Of a stretch of DNA of 64,000 nt, positions 1-12,825 are shown piece by piece. The translations under genes were made by a program, and so were the position numbers. The notes beneath the pieces are model-generated. The model did not search any database. It was not told the origin of the DNA and worked only from the letters and a program-made list of their open reading frames with translations. Numbering within the stretch: position 1 is the first letter of the stretch; each line of letters opens with the position of its first letter. The DNA lies in NCBI GenBank assembly GCA_000165425.1, contig CT868318.1:461067-525066 (forward strand). The letters run 5' to 3'. This stretch comes from Paramecium tetraurelia. Its lineage: Eukaryota.

Positions 1-1
1 C

Positions 2-250
2 TAGATCCAAGGATAACCTGTATTCATCCAAAAATAACCTGTATAAATCCAAGGATAACCTGTATAAATCCAAGGATAACCTTTATAAATTAAATTTAAT
101 GTAAAAGACGAAAAATAAGGAGAGCAAAAATAAAAACAACCATCTACATAAATCAATAATAATAATATATAATTTCCTATTTGCCCAAATTTTCAATAAA
201 ATAATATCTAAATTTAGAGGTATGCGACGACTAAGCCAATAGGAAATTGA
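2..250 (+). CDS. 3' end of a hypothetical Gln-rich protein (partial, begins upstream of the window)
   Basis: Code-6 frame open from base 2: QIQGQPVFIQKQPVQIQGQPVQIQGQPLQIKF...TTKPIGN, TGA at 248-250. Confidence 0.6.
5..90 (+). repeat. 21-bp tandem repeat (atccaaggataacctgtataa, about 4 copies), encoding IQGQPVQ units
   Basis: Directly visible; the 21-nt period keeps frame with the upstream CDS. Confidence 0.85.
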
Positions 251-316
251 ATTAGAATATTATATTATTCAGATAATATAATTTATTTAGCTTTTTTTAC
301 AATATTATATACATTA

Positions 317-2644
317 TCAAGTAAATTTAATATAATCATATTGGATAACCTTTTTAAAGTTGATCTAATCATGCAATTCATAATCCTCATCTTGAAATGT
401 AATCTAATGATATTTTACAATATAACCTTTTCTAATTTTAAATAATTTCTCAATTAATTCAATCTTATTGGGTTTTGTAATTTTTGAAAAAAATATTACT
501 CCCAATTAGTATCATTAAAAAATGGATGTTGTCTAATTTGTTCAAGATTTATTCTTTTTTCATAGTTTTTATTTGTCAATTTATTTATTAAACTTATTGC
601 TTCCTATTTTAAATTATCAATTTACCTTGTGAAAATATTAAGGGTAACTAATTTGACATGTCAAAATACTCAAAATAATTTAATTGCTAGTAGTACCCTC
701 AAATGGATGACATCCAGATAGAAGCTCATATGCTAAAATTCCAAATTAATAATAATCAGTCCATTTTCCAATTTTCCCCTCATCCAAATATTCCGGAGTC
801 TTATAGTAAATTGATTAAAACCCATAATTTTGAAGACCTATTAATTTAATGCTTCCTTTTGATGTCAACAAAACATTATTCAAACAGAGATTATTATATA
901 TAATATTCTAGCTATGTAAATACTCTAAAGCTATTAAAATTTGACTTAGATAATATTTGGCCTAATTAATTGTAATTCTTTCTAAAGCATTCAAAATCGA
1001 GTATAAACTGCCACCATTACAATGTTCAAATGCCAAATATAAATACTTAGGAGTTTGAAAGGCATACTATAATTAAATGATGTATGGATTATCGACTGAA
1101 GTTAAAGTACGTACTTCATGTATAGCTTCTCCAAGTAGACCATTTTATATTAATAACTATTTGTTGAGACATTTCAGAGCATAAGTCGATCCATCTAATT
1201 CACAATAAGCCTTGAAAACACAGCTTATTTAATCACTCATCAAAAGAGATTTTAAAACGAAATCTTTGAATTTAGGAATCTAATGAGTTAATTTAGGCAT
1301 CAAAGATGATAAATCAGAGATCTTACGTCTTATCGGTGTCTAACTGTCTCTTTTTGGAGCAATACTTGAAGGAGGAGAATCTAAGTCGATTTCTTCTAAT
1401 TTAATGAATATATTGTTTAGTTACAATCCAGTAGCAACATTTTTAGTATAGGTTATACCTTTTTTAATCAGATTCGACCATCTTGTTAAATGATCAATTG
1501 TTGGTAAACCTATTATTATATCATGATGACTCTCTCCTTGCAGTTAAATGTAAAAGTATCCTTTTTTAAGTTTGAAACTTGTATAATTAGAATTGACCTG
1601 AGAAATTTAAGATAGTTTTATTGATTCTCTGATTTCAGTCTAACATTTATCCTTATACCTTATTAGATGATCACCCAAAGGGTTTATCACTAAATATCTT
1701 TGTTTAATAGTCCAAGGACTTGAACCGGGTGAAAAATAGGTTCCCTTTGCAATAAATGGATTGATTTGAGAAAACAATTAGATTTCTGTTACTAATGGCA
1801 TTTTATTAATTAGGCTCAATAAAAACAACTGCATTTTCAAGGAGGCAATATTGAACACATTGTTATTTTAACGATCTTGAATCAAAAAATCAACATCTTT
1901 TTCTTGGAGCATTTGGATGGCTTAAGTGTTCTCCATTCTGCAAGCCAAATGAAGAGCACTACTCTATTAAGTGACTAAATTCGGATTGATGCTTTAATAA
2001 TTTAGCAAATACCTAGTTACTAAATAATTAATTGAACATTACTTTAGAGATGCTATTATCTAATGGATATCATCAATGAAGTCCATCCATCTAAAGTTTC
2101 TTAATTGATATCTAAACAATAAGGTAAATAGACTTTCAAAATTTCCAATTTACCAAAATAACAAATCCAATGCAATAAGGTCCAGCCTTCTTTATTTGAT
2201 TGATTAGCAATTTCTTTATTTAAATGTTTTTCAATATAATCTAATTTATTAGCTTTTATTCTATCTACAATTGTGTCATACAAATTTATTTATTTATTAT
2301 TATGTGATTCTTCAAAAAAATATGGACTAAAATCTACTTCTGAATGTTTTATCTCCTTCAAAAGAGAAAAATTTAGATGAGGATCTAGAACTTTAATTGA
2401 TAAAATATCTAGAGGTTCTATGTTTTCACAATCACAACCGTGCACTATACGAGTCTTTAATATATATAAAGAAAACCTGGAAGCCATATTTAAAAAGATA
2501 TAAAGTAAACTGTTCACATTTTAGTTAAATTGTTTTACTAACTGATTAGATAAGACTATCAGTAGTTGTAAGTGTAATAAATATGCTTATTTATTCGATA
2601 TGCATTTATGGTGCTAAGTATTATAATCTTAATTCCACATCCAT
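317..2644 (-). CDS. Ankyrin-repeat + PH-like + AGC-type pseudokinase protein (about 745 aa, 4 short introns)
   Basis: MDVELRLQY...; ankyrin motifs GWTLLHWICYFGKLEI, DGWTSLMISI, SALHLAC; kinase part TYALKCLNK, LQYAFQTPKYLYLAFEHCNGGSL, LEYLHSQNIIYNNL, TPEY, GCHPF. Removing introns of 22/23/22/23 nt keeps frame to TGA. Confidence 0.8.
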
Positions 2645-2688
2645 TATTTTTTTATATAAAATAATAATAATAATTATATAATTAATTA

Positions 2689-3958
2689 TCAATTTTATGC
2701 TTTCACAAGAACTTTAATTCGTATAGAGGACCTTTTTAACAATGCCAAAGTGGGATTGACAGCTTAAAAAAATTCTCCATCCACTTAGAAATAAGGAGAG
2801 ACATTCTTTTTAAACGAGATCAAAAAAGGTCCTTCTCCCTATGCAATTCTAACTGCATTTCCATGAATGAACCTAAAATGTAAAAAATGCATAGAACCTT
2901 TCATTCGCCATTCCTATCATGGAATTAAAGCCCACAAACTCAATTTTCCCATCTCCAAAATCCTAAGGGACGAATTTATCTTAGATTTTCTAAGTACCTT
3001 CTTTCACAGCTACCTTTCCTCTGCAATTATCCCAAATGGCTCCAGCTCCACCAGAATAAGATTGTATATTTAAGCATAACAATGTAACAGGATCTCCACT
3101 TAATATAAACTTGGATTCGTTAAGAGGCTATTGATCTTCTCTTGTATTAACTCCCTTCGTCTTAAATAACACATCAGTAGAAACATTAGTCATTTATTCA
3201 ATTGTTACATTTTACTCTTTTAAAATTTGCATTCCTGAGATGACTTAATTGGTAGTAGGATTCTTGAGACACATTTTTTTAATACCCTCACAAAAGTAGA
3301 CACACTTATTACAACAAGCAGATTAAGTTCTTTTTTTATCAAAACCAAATCCTATACGAGCATCTACTCCAATGGAAAAATAATTTGACATCCTCTTATC
3401 TAGTTGTTTCAAGACCTCTTTGTCTTTTTAAAGAACTTCTTTTTGAAATAGATCTCCTTATTTTTTAATTCTCTTAAATGATCCAGTTTAAGCATCCACT
3501 GTAATATTGACTTCCCATAGATCGAAATCATGTATTTTTGCAGTGAGCCACTATGATATTTGCTGTTTGAAGTTTCTTAAGCAAGCCCCCAAATCTCCAT
3601 CTGTATCTCCGCCCCAACCTAAAACCCTTGAAAAATCATTTCCTGTTCCAAAGGGTATTATGCCAATAGGACAATTTACAAAGTCAACATTATGTTTCTG
3701 CATTTCATCAACAACCCACATCACAGTGCCGTCACCACCACAAACAATTACTCTAACTTAAACACTTCGTTATTGGAATTCTTTAATTCTTCTTAGATTC
3801 ATCTCGACTTAGTCTCTTTGATGAAGACTTGTGAAATAAACACTGATAGGTTTTTGATTAAGATTAAATTTAATTGTTTCTGCATCTAATTAAAGATACA
3901 CGCCTGCCCGATTACCACCAGAAGTGGGATTTACAAAAAGAAAAAAAGCAAATTCCAT
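2689..3958 (-). CDS. Diacylglycerol kinase (catalytic + accessory domains only)
   Basis: [56 protein letters not shown]; one 25-nt intron restores frame. Confidence 0.9.
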
Positions 3959-4007
3959 CTATAAATTAATAATATGAAAATAACAATATAAAGAATATAT
4001 ACAATTA

Positions 4008-4710
4008 ATGGGTAATGAACGTTAGTCTAAAGTTTAGAATAATATAAAAAGTATTGAGATTTGAAAAAAGTAAACAATAAAAGGATTTTATCGTTTAAAA
4101 TATAAATTTATTTGGTTGATGGAAATTATGGACATTGATATTTAATCCCTTAAGAAATTGAGGATCTATAACGATCTCTTATTATTTAAATAGTAACTGG
4201 ATAAAAATATGTTTAAATCGCTGTGAGTATTTTGTAATCCACTAAATAGAAATTGGTCTAAAATTATGGGAAGATATTTAAACACATATTCCTAAAAGTG
4301 CAAATTTTTTATTGGAAATCAAAATAGTCTCAAATTGAAGCCAATTTCAATAATAGAATCAATATAAAGACTAAAGCCCTTATGGCTTATAAATAAATAC
4401 GATCCACATTACTCTAACATGACTTAAATTTAGCCTAGAATATTAAACTAGAATAATTTTTAATTAAGAAAGTGAAGTAAAGAATGACTTAAATATTTCT
4501 TTAGTTCTATTACAAGTATGTATAAATTATTTAGAATATATTTTCATTGTGTTTCATAACTATTAAATAAGAAGAATATAAATCTGTAATTATAGTAAAT
4601 TAAATAGATCCGTTATTGTTTTCACTTCCTTACTAATTATTTTATTATAAGACTATAGTTTAGATCTTAAAAAATTTTTATAAATGGCAATGAAAGACCT
4701 TGGTATTTGA
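4008..4710 (+). CDS. Possible hypothetical protein or degenerate gene; exon structure unresolved
   Basis: Code-6 open stretches and intron-like gtgagt...ag and gtatgt...ag segments, but I could not build one consistent model. Confidence 0.3.
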
Positions 4711-4782
4711 AGAAAAATGATGGGAATTTAGAATGGAATTCCATAATTTAGTATATTCAAATTTAGATTTATATTATAATAA

Positions 4783-7700
4783 TCAAAGCCTTATTGGGGA
4801 TAAGGATTTTATAATAGTAAAAGCAGGATATGCTCCTTTTGTAATTATTACTTTCTTTATGGGACTACTACATGGATCAACAAATCCATTTGCCATCCCT
4901 CTTTTTACAGTTCTTTATTCGCTTGTTCTTTTATCAGAATCAAACCGAGAAACCTTCATTTATCTTGATTCTTATATAGAATGATATAATTATGATAGTA
5001 TCTCTTTTTGAGCTGCCAACTATAATTTAATTTCCTATATATTTTATTAGGTATCTGATTAATCGTCAACAATGGTCACTTAAATATTTTCACTCATTTA
5101 ATCTGGCTTTATTTGAAATTATTTATCAGAGAAACTAATTTAACCTGGTAAGGAATGTTATGAAGGACAAGCTACAAACTTTAATTAAGTCTATGAAATC
5201 TATTTCTGAGATTATTTTTTCATCAATTCTTCAATGGATTCTTCATTCCTACTTTGCACTTTATCTTGCCTTTTTTTCTGTACTGTATTTTATTATTTCT
5301 ATTTTAGAATATTATTATCCTATTAATTCAGTTAATTCTGTTTTACAATAGAGTCCTCTTAATTTATTTTCTTCAGATTATTCTATTCTTATGGAAACTG
5401 GTTAGAAATAATAGACATTTATTATGAACATAAGGATTAATCTTATTTATTGTCTTCGAATGACAAATGATCCTATTTTTTATAAGAATTAATTAATTCA
5501 ATTTTAGTTTGTTAAGACTGACCTTACTGCTCTATCTTTTCTTAAATGATTAATGGTTATTTTTATGAATAAAATTATTCTTGTGATTAATATTAATTAA
5601 ATGAGTGATGTTAATTTGGATAGTTTTGCTAGCTAGATTGGTGTGATTGTGATCTTTGTTATTTATTTTCTCCAGAATATCCTGATCTACGTGATTGTCT
5701 TGATTAAGCATCCTATAATTTATCAATTTATAAATCATCTAATTCACTGTGAGAAACTGGTTATTTTTTAATGTTCATTGAATCACTTCTTGATTTTTTG
5801 CCATCTTCTTGTTGTTAACTTGATCTTCTGTTATGAAGTCTATCATTTACATTCACATTGTCTACATTCACATTATCTAAACTTTAAATATCATTAAATA
5901 ACATAGACTACTACTGATTATTTGCTATTTAGGATTATTCGAAATGAGGAGAATTATTATTATTATCAGCTATAATTGAATCCTCTTATTTCTTTTTTAA
6001 TTCACTCTTTAATACATCACTCACCGATTTAATAAATTCTTATTAGAAGCTTTCTGACTATTAGTAAGGGTAACTCTCCGAGGAATCCATTGAAACATTT
6101 GTTTTAAATCCTGGCTTACTTGAAGATATTTAATTTTCATCCTCTAATTGTTGTTGCTATGTTTTCAGCAATTCTAGTTCTCTTTGTTATTGTTCTATTA
6201 ATTATTGCATATGTTGTTAGTATTATTTGATCAACCTCATTTGAGGCTCATCATTAATCTCAAACTTATCAAAGTCAGTTTATGATTAGCTTCTTTTATG
6301 TTTGTGAAATTTCATTTAACTAGATTAATTAGATTCAGCTTAATTAAAAACAGCGGTGTTTCTCATATCTTAAGCGAAGTCTTATTGGCAAAAACTTATT
6401 TTTTTGTTGTGATCATTATCATATTATTATTTCATCTACTATTAAGTTTAATTCTATTATTAAACTTATTAAATTTATGACAATTGTTCTGTCTCTTAAA
6501 TTTACTATTATTATAATTGCAACTACTTATTTTAATCTTATTATTCTCTATGTGATTATTGTGGAGTTATTTATTGAGAAGCAACTTAGTTTATGGATTT
6601 AATTGATATTCTTTAAGACGCTGGTTATGATGATTGCTTAGATCTTTTTGAATCTCTTGGTTATGAAAATTCCTTAATCTATCTTGATTCCCATAATTAT
6701 TATGATTATTAAGATGTATCCAAAGGAAGCTATTCAGTTTGTTAATTCCCCTCATTTTGAAATTTATTTCTTTAGCTTTTTGATTAATTTTAATCTTCAA
6801 GTTGATGTTGCTGTTGTAATTTTTTGGAACCTTCAGAGGATTTACACTTTGATTGTTATAGATGTTTAGGACTCTTGACTTATTTGGATTGATTAGATTA
6901 TCTAGATTAATCCAATAATGATTTTCTCGATTACTCAACTGATTGTTCTTTTTTGTATTGTTTAGATTTTCTAATAATTTATTCAATATGATCTTTTGAT
7001 GAGGAAGGTTATTTTTCTTAAAACTAATCGCTCCTTTAACTATAATGTTCTTCACTATCCAATATTGCTTAATAAATTTGGCTTTATTAGGACTATACAC
7101 TTTTATTCTAATCAAAAGGTTTTATGAATTGAGTTTGAAGCTTTTTAATTTCCTCCACATATGCTGATTGACTTAATTTACTTGAAGATTTATTATTGAC
7201 TGACTCTTTCTTCCTTGAGCTTTAGATTAGATATTACTATGAATTAGAATGAGACTTTCTTGCTTTTTATTGAGGTTTATTAGATTTATTATGTTAAGAT
7301 TGGTCATTTTAATTTAGATCCTTCAATTATCCTTTATAATAATTTATTAACTATATGCTGTTCCTTTCGGGAGATGAATGGTATTTACTTCCATGCAGGG
7401 CTTCTGAGATTCTCTTATAAGAATTCGTGGTAGAATTTTGAAAATACTTATAATTTGAGAGCTTGCTCTTTTGTTCAGGACTTGGAGAGGCATTAGTTTA
7501 TTTTTAGATAGGTTCCTATCTTTAAAATTGGATTTCAAATAAGTCTTCAATCTCCTTAACATTGTTCAGAGTTATAGGTTGTCTAATTTAGATGGGATTT
7601 TTGTGATCACTATATGGAACTAATTTATGATAATAAAAATTAATATACACATTAAATCTTTGGGTGCAGCGCAGTTTTTAACTAATCCATTTTGAAAAAT

Positions 7701-8420
7701 TTCAATCAATTCTCCAAATCTCCACAGTCCTTTAGCCCATTATAATTCATCCTCCTTAAATAAATAAATGCCTCTGCCATGATACTTACCATTTTCAAAG
7801 AAACCTTAATAGACTTCCCCAGATGGTTGCTGCAATCTGCCTAGGCCATTCAGGGCTCCATCTTTAAATTGTCCACATTGAAATAATCCATTTTTAGGTA
7901 CAAATACTCCTAGGCCATTAGGTGCAACCTTATTTGCTGCATTCTTTCCTGTTACGCCATAGAATGTTCCCTCTAGCCAATCAATAGTTTGTAGAGCAGA
8001 ACTATTGTAACATTAGACACTCTTTAAGTTTGGAATTTCGCATGATTATTCTCTCTGACTAAGACCTCGAGTTGGTTTGCCATCTTGAAATGCAATTGTA
8101 ACTTCTCCTTACTTGAAATGGGCAGTCATGTTTCCATTGGGTAAACCGTTGAGCCATTTGCCATAATACTTTGCTTGTCTTGTTTAAATGAGACAATTTC
8201 CGTGTAATTTTGCAGAGTTAAATTATCCTTAGATGGTAGTTTTGGGAGGCAGGAAGAGTATTCCATTGCCATCTATTTAATCTGATTTCCATTCACCAAA
8301 ATAGGCAGATCCATTCTCCCATAAATAAACTCCGATCCCTTGTTTATATCTGGATTGTAATGTTTATCCTTGGTAGATTCCATCTTTGAATTCAAGTTGG
8401 GTTATTATACTATTGCGCAT
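4783..8420 (-). CDS. MORN-repeat protein with a long Gln/Asn/Ser-rich low-complexity, coiled-coil C-terminus
   Basis: MRNSIITQLEFKDGIYQG...KQGIGVYLWENGSAYFGEWKSDQIDGNG and further GxG/YxG MORN units to about 7700, then a long Q-rich open frame ending SPIRL-TGA. Confidence 0.7.
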
Positions 8421-8479
8421 TGCCGTTAATATTATAATATTAGGAGGGGAAAATAATAAATAAAAATTTAAATTCTGTA

Positions 8480-9924
8480 ATGCCTCGCGAAATCATCACA
8501 CTTCAAGTTGGATAATGCGGTAATCAAGGTGAGTGCATATTCAAATATTATTAGTTGGTATTGAGTTTTGGAAATAGTTAATCAAAGAGCATGGTATAAA
8601 TAATGAGGGAATTTTGGAGGAATTTGCACTCTAAGGAGATGATAGGAAGGATGTGTTCTTCTATTAGGCAGATGATGAACATTACATACCAAGAGCATTG
8701 TTGATAGACATGGAACCTAGAGTTATCAATTATATATAGACTTCTCAATTTTCAACTCTGTTCAATCCTGAGAATATATTCATTTCAAAAGATGGAGGTG
8801 GAGCAGGCAATAATTGGGCATGCGGTTATTCATAGGGAGAGAGATACTAGGAAGAGTTGATGGAGATGATAGACAGAGAAGCCGATGGATCAGACAGTTT
8901 GGAGGGATTTCTAATGCTTCATTCAATTGCTGGTGGTACAGGTTCAGGATCAGGATCATACATATTGGAGAGATTGAATGATCGTTTTCCCAAGAAAATC
9001 ATATAAACATACTCTGTGTTCCCTAATCAAAATGAGACAAGTGATGTTGTTGTTCAACCCTACAATTCTCTACTCACTCTTCGTAGATTAGCCTAGAATG
9101 CAGATGCAGTAGTTGTATTGGACAACACAGCCTTGAATAGAATAGCTGTTGACAGACTCAAAATACCCATTCCAACTGTGTCTCAGACCAATTCTCTGGT
9201 GGCTATGGTCATGGCAGCCTCTACCACTACACTTAGATATCCTGGATATATGAATAATGATTTAGTTAGCATTTTGGCTGGATTAGTTCCCACACCTCGA
9301 TGTCACTTTTTGATGACTGGCTATACTCCTTTGACTATTGATAGACATGTATAATTTAACATAATAAATTTAGATTTCATCTGTAAGAAAAACTACAGTC
9401 TTGGATGTCATGAGAAGACTACTCTAGACTAAGAACATTATGGTTTCAACATCTACGAAGAATGGAAATTACATTTCGATTTTGAACATCATTCAAGGGG
9501 ATGTGGATGCTACTCAGATCCATAAAAGTTTGTAAAGAATTAGGGAGCGCAAACTGGCCAGTTTCATTGAATGGGGTCCCACTTCAATTCAAGTAGCTCT
9601 TTCGAAGAAGAGTCCTTACATCGAGACTTCTCATAAGGTCAGTGGACTGATGTTGGCTAATCACACTAGTATCCATTCAGTATAATATTTATAAAACTGT
9701 TTTAGCTTTTTGATAGAATATTAAAACAATATCACAAGTTGAGAAACAGGAATGCTTTCTTAGATTAATACAAAAAAGAACCTATGTTTAAGGATTCACT
9801 CGACGAATTCGACGAATCAAGAGAGTGTTTGGAGTCCCTTATTAGTGAGTACAAGGCTGCTGAATCGAAGAACTACTTGGATTGGGGAAACGATGACAAT
9901 ATGAGAATCGAAGAGTAACAGTGA
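8480..9924 (+). CDS. TUBG: Gamma-tubulin (455 aa, 3 introns of 26/25/26 nt)
   Basis: [87 protein letters not shown]; spliced length is 1368 nt. Confidence 0.98.
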
Positions 9925-9952
9925 AAATATATGTTTTTATTAATTAAAATAA

Positions 9953-10974
9953 ATGGGTAATTGTACTAAAATGTGTTATGTTAATGAAGGCGTACAATAG
10001 CTTACTAAAAAGGAAGAATTTGCAATAGAGACTGGAATCAAGAGTGACGATTTGATTATGCACTCAACCCAAGGGAAATCCAAGGAGAATAAGGATGATC
10101 AATATTCATAATGCTCAAATAAAAGTGCTCTTCCTTAAATAATCTCCATTGAAGACGAACTCTTGATCCAATCCACTTTGAATTCAAGTGTTCCTATGAA
10201 ACTCAGAAAAATATTGATGGAGGATGATGCCTACTATGAGGGAGAGTGGATGTAAGGTAAACGTTGGGGATAGGGAGAATAGAGATGGCCAGATGGGTAT
10301 GACTTATCTCAATTTGAGTTTCTAGGTCAACTTACATAGGGGAATGGAAGAATAACAAGGCGAATGGGTATGGTGTTTTGACCCATTCCGATGGAGATGT
10401 CTACAAAGGAGAATGGCTCAATGATCAAGCCCACGGAAAGGGTGTTTACATAAACTTCAACCAGGCCAAATACGAAGGCGACTGGGTCAAAGATAGACAA
10501 GAAGGATACGGAGTTGAGAGTTGGCCGGATGGGTCAATTTTTGAAGGTAGTTTATGGATACATATTCAGGATATTACAAACACGGAAAGAAGGAAGGGGT
10601 TGGGAAGCTGACTTATCCAGATGGCTCTAAGTACGAGGGCAATTTTCAGATGAACAATCTCCATGGGTAGGGAAAGTACATTTGGCCTGATGGACGAATA
10701 TATGAAGGCGATTGGGTCAATAATTAGATGAATGGGAAGGGCATGATGAAGTGGGAAGATGGTATGGAATGCCAATTATCTAGGGAGATAGTATGAGGGA
10801 GAATATAGGGAAGGATAGAAACATGGGTTTGGAACGTTGATATGGGAGGATGGACACAAATATGTGGGTCAATGGGTGATGGGAAAATAGGACGGGGCTG
10901 GCGAATACTTCTTTACTAATGGTACTTCTCGTAAGGGAGTGTGGAAAGAAGGCAAACGGATCTAATGGGAATGA
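9953..10974 (+). CDS. MORN-repeat protein with an N-terminal MGNC acylation motif
   Basis: MGNCTKMC start; about 9 units such as YKGEWLNDQAHGKGVY and YEGDWVKDRQEGYGVESWPDGS; 3 short introns. Confidence 0.9.
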
Positions 10975-10990
10975 TTATTTAATAAATACT

Positions 10991-12700
10991 ATGTAAAATC
11001 ATAATCCTAATGATGAACTCAATTTAGAGAACGACAAGTTTTCTAAATAGTTGGATCAAGATGGTAATAGGCTTTGATAATCTATCTAGAACGCATTTTG
11101 TTGTCATGCAACTTGTTTAAGTTTAATGATTACAAGAAGAGACAAGAACGTAGTTTGTTGGTGTCCACAAAGAATGTCATAAACCTGAAAGGCACATGTA
11201 TCATCTTTATTAATGTTCATTCCCTAGCCATCAAGAGGAAGATTCCATACAATAAGATAAAGGCTATCACATTGTCCTCCATCGGCACAGAATTCGTGAT
11301 CCACGTCCCGGACGAGTACGACTACAGATATAGCAGTTATGACAAGTAATTAATGACTTAGATCATTTATAGACGCAATAAAATCGTGTCCAAGATCTTA
11401 GAAGGCTATTGTCTATTCACTAAAGCCAAACTAGCAATGTATTATAATCAAATATATCGTGTTTAGTTATTTTAAAGAGGATGTATCATTGTACAATTAC
11501 GCCACTACAAAAAGTGATAAGAAGAAACATGTCTCTAAGATCCCCTCAGAATAGCCTTAATATATGGACAATGAGATTTTTGCCTAAATCCTAGAGGGAG
11601 AGACCAAGGAAAAAGATGATGCCAGGAAGAAAACACAGACCTTATGGGCTAGAGAGAAAGGCAAGGAAGTTACATTGGATGACTTCTCAATCCTGAAAGT
11701 CTTAGGTAGAGGAGCATTTGGGCAAGTGATGTTGGTCGAGAAAAAAGACACTGGAGAATGGTTTGCTATGAAGACCATCAGAAAAGAGGATATCATAGAG
11801 AAGGATCAACTTGAACACACCAAAACAGAAAAAATGATATTGGAACATGTCAATCATCCATTTTTGGTCAATTTGGCTTATGCATTCCAAACTCCATAGA
11901 AATTGTTTTTCATTATGCAATTCATGAAAGGAGGTGAATTGTTTTAACATTTGAGAATGGCAAGAAAATTCGATGAAAAAAGAGCTAAATTTTATGTGGC
12001 TGAGTTATTGTTAGGATTAGGACATCTACATAGCAAAGACATTGTTTATCGTGATCTTAAATTGGAAAACATATTAATGGATGATGTAGGCAATGTATTC
12101 TTAACTGATTTCGGAATGGCCAAAATTGTACGTAAAAATGAATTGGCTATGACATTCTGTGGAACTCCTGAATATCTTTGTCCAGAAGTCATTCTAGGAT
12201 ACGGTTGCGATAAAACAGCTGATTGGTGGAGTTTAGGCATCCTTACTTATGAAATGATGTATGGTTTGCCTCCCTTTTACAACAAAAATTAAACCATTAT
12301 GTTCAAATTGATTAAGGAGGCTGAACTAAGGTTCCCTGAAAGACCAGAAGTCAGTAAAGAAGCTAAAGATTTCATTTCAAGAGTAAATCTATATATACTA
12401 TTAAATACAGTTACTTGTAAGAGATCGATTTGCAAGACTAGGAGCCAAGGGAGATTTCTAAGAGTTGATAGCACATCCTTGGTTCAAAGATATCAATTGG
12501 GAATAGTTGATTCAAAAAAAAGTACCCACTCCTTACAAACCAAGAGTTTAGGGAGAGTAGTGGTTGGATGGTTTCGATAAAGATTTCACTAGTGAAGGTA
12601 CTATTATTAATGATATTCTAATGTAGATCCAAACAAGGTAATTGATGACGATCACTCGAAACCTTAAAAAGATTACGATTAACAATTCAAAGATTTCTGA
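10991..12700 (+). CDS. AGC-family Ser/Thr kinase (Akt/SGK/S6K-like) with an N-terminal PH/TH1-like domain
   Basis: LGRGAFGQV, FAMK, YRDLKLEN, DFG, TFCGTPEY, DWWSLG, C-terminal FKDF-stop; several 21-30 nt introns. Confidence 0.92.
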
Positions 12701-12825
12701 AATATATTCACATATGGATTAAATCATTTATTAATACCCTTTTAAAACCCCTATTTAATTTATAATTATTTTGTTTGAACTGATTACTCTTAAAGCATCA
12801 AAAATATAAATAAATATAGATATAA

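Noticed and set aside
1..90. 21-bp tandem repeat as a CRISPR array or telomeric repeat
   Set aside because: No spacers, not C4A2/C3A3 telomeric, and it translates in frame as a peptide repeat.
3120..3200. Suspected in-frame TGA (selenocysteine or readthrough) in the DAG kinase
   Set aside because: On careful re-reading the frame is open; one 25-nt intron accounts for the gene length.
4733..7562. Track ORFs such as 4733-4984, 6591-7115 and 6684-6869
   Set aside because: They are antisense or off-frame shadows of the long minus-strand MORN/low-complexity gene under the wrong code.
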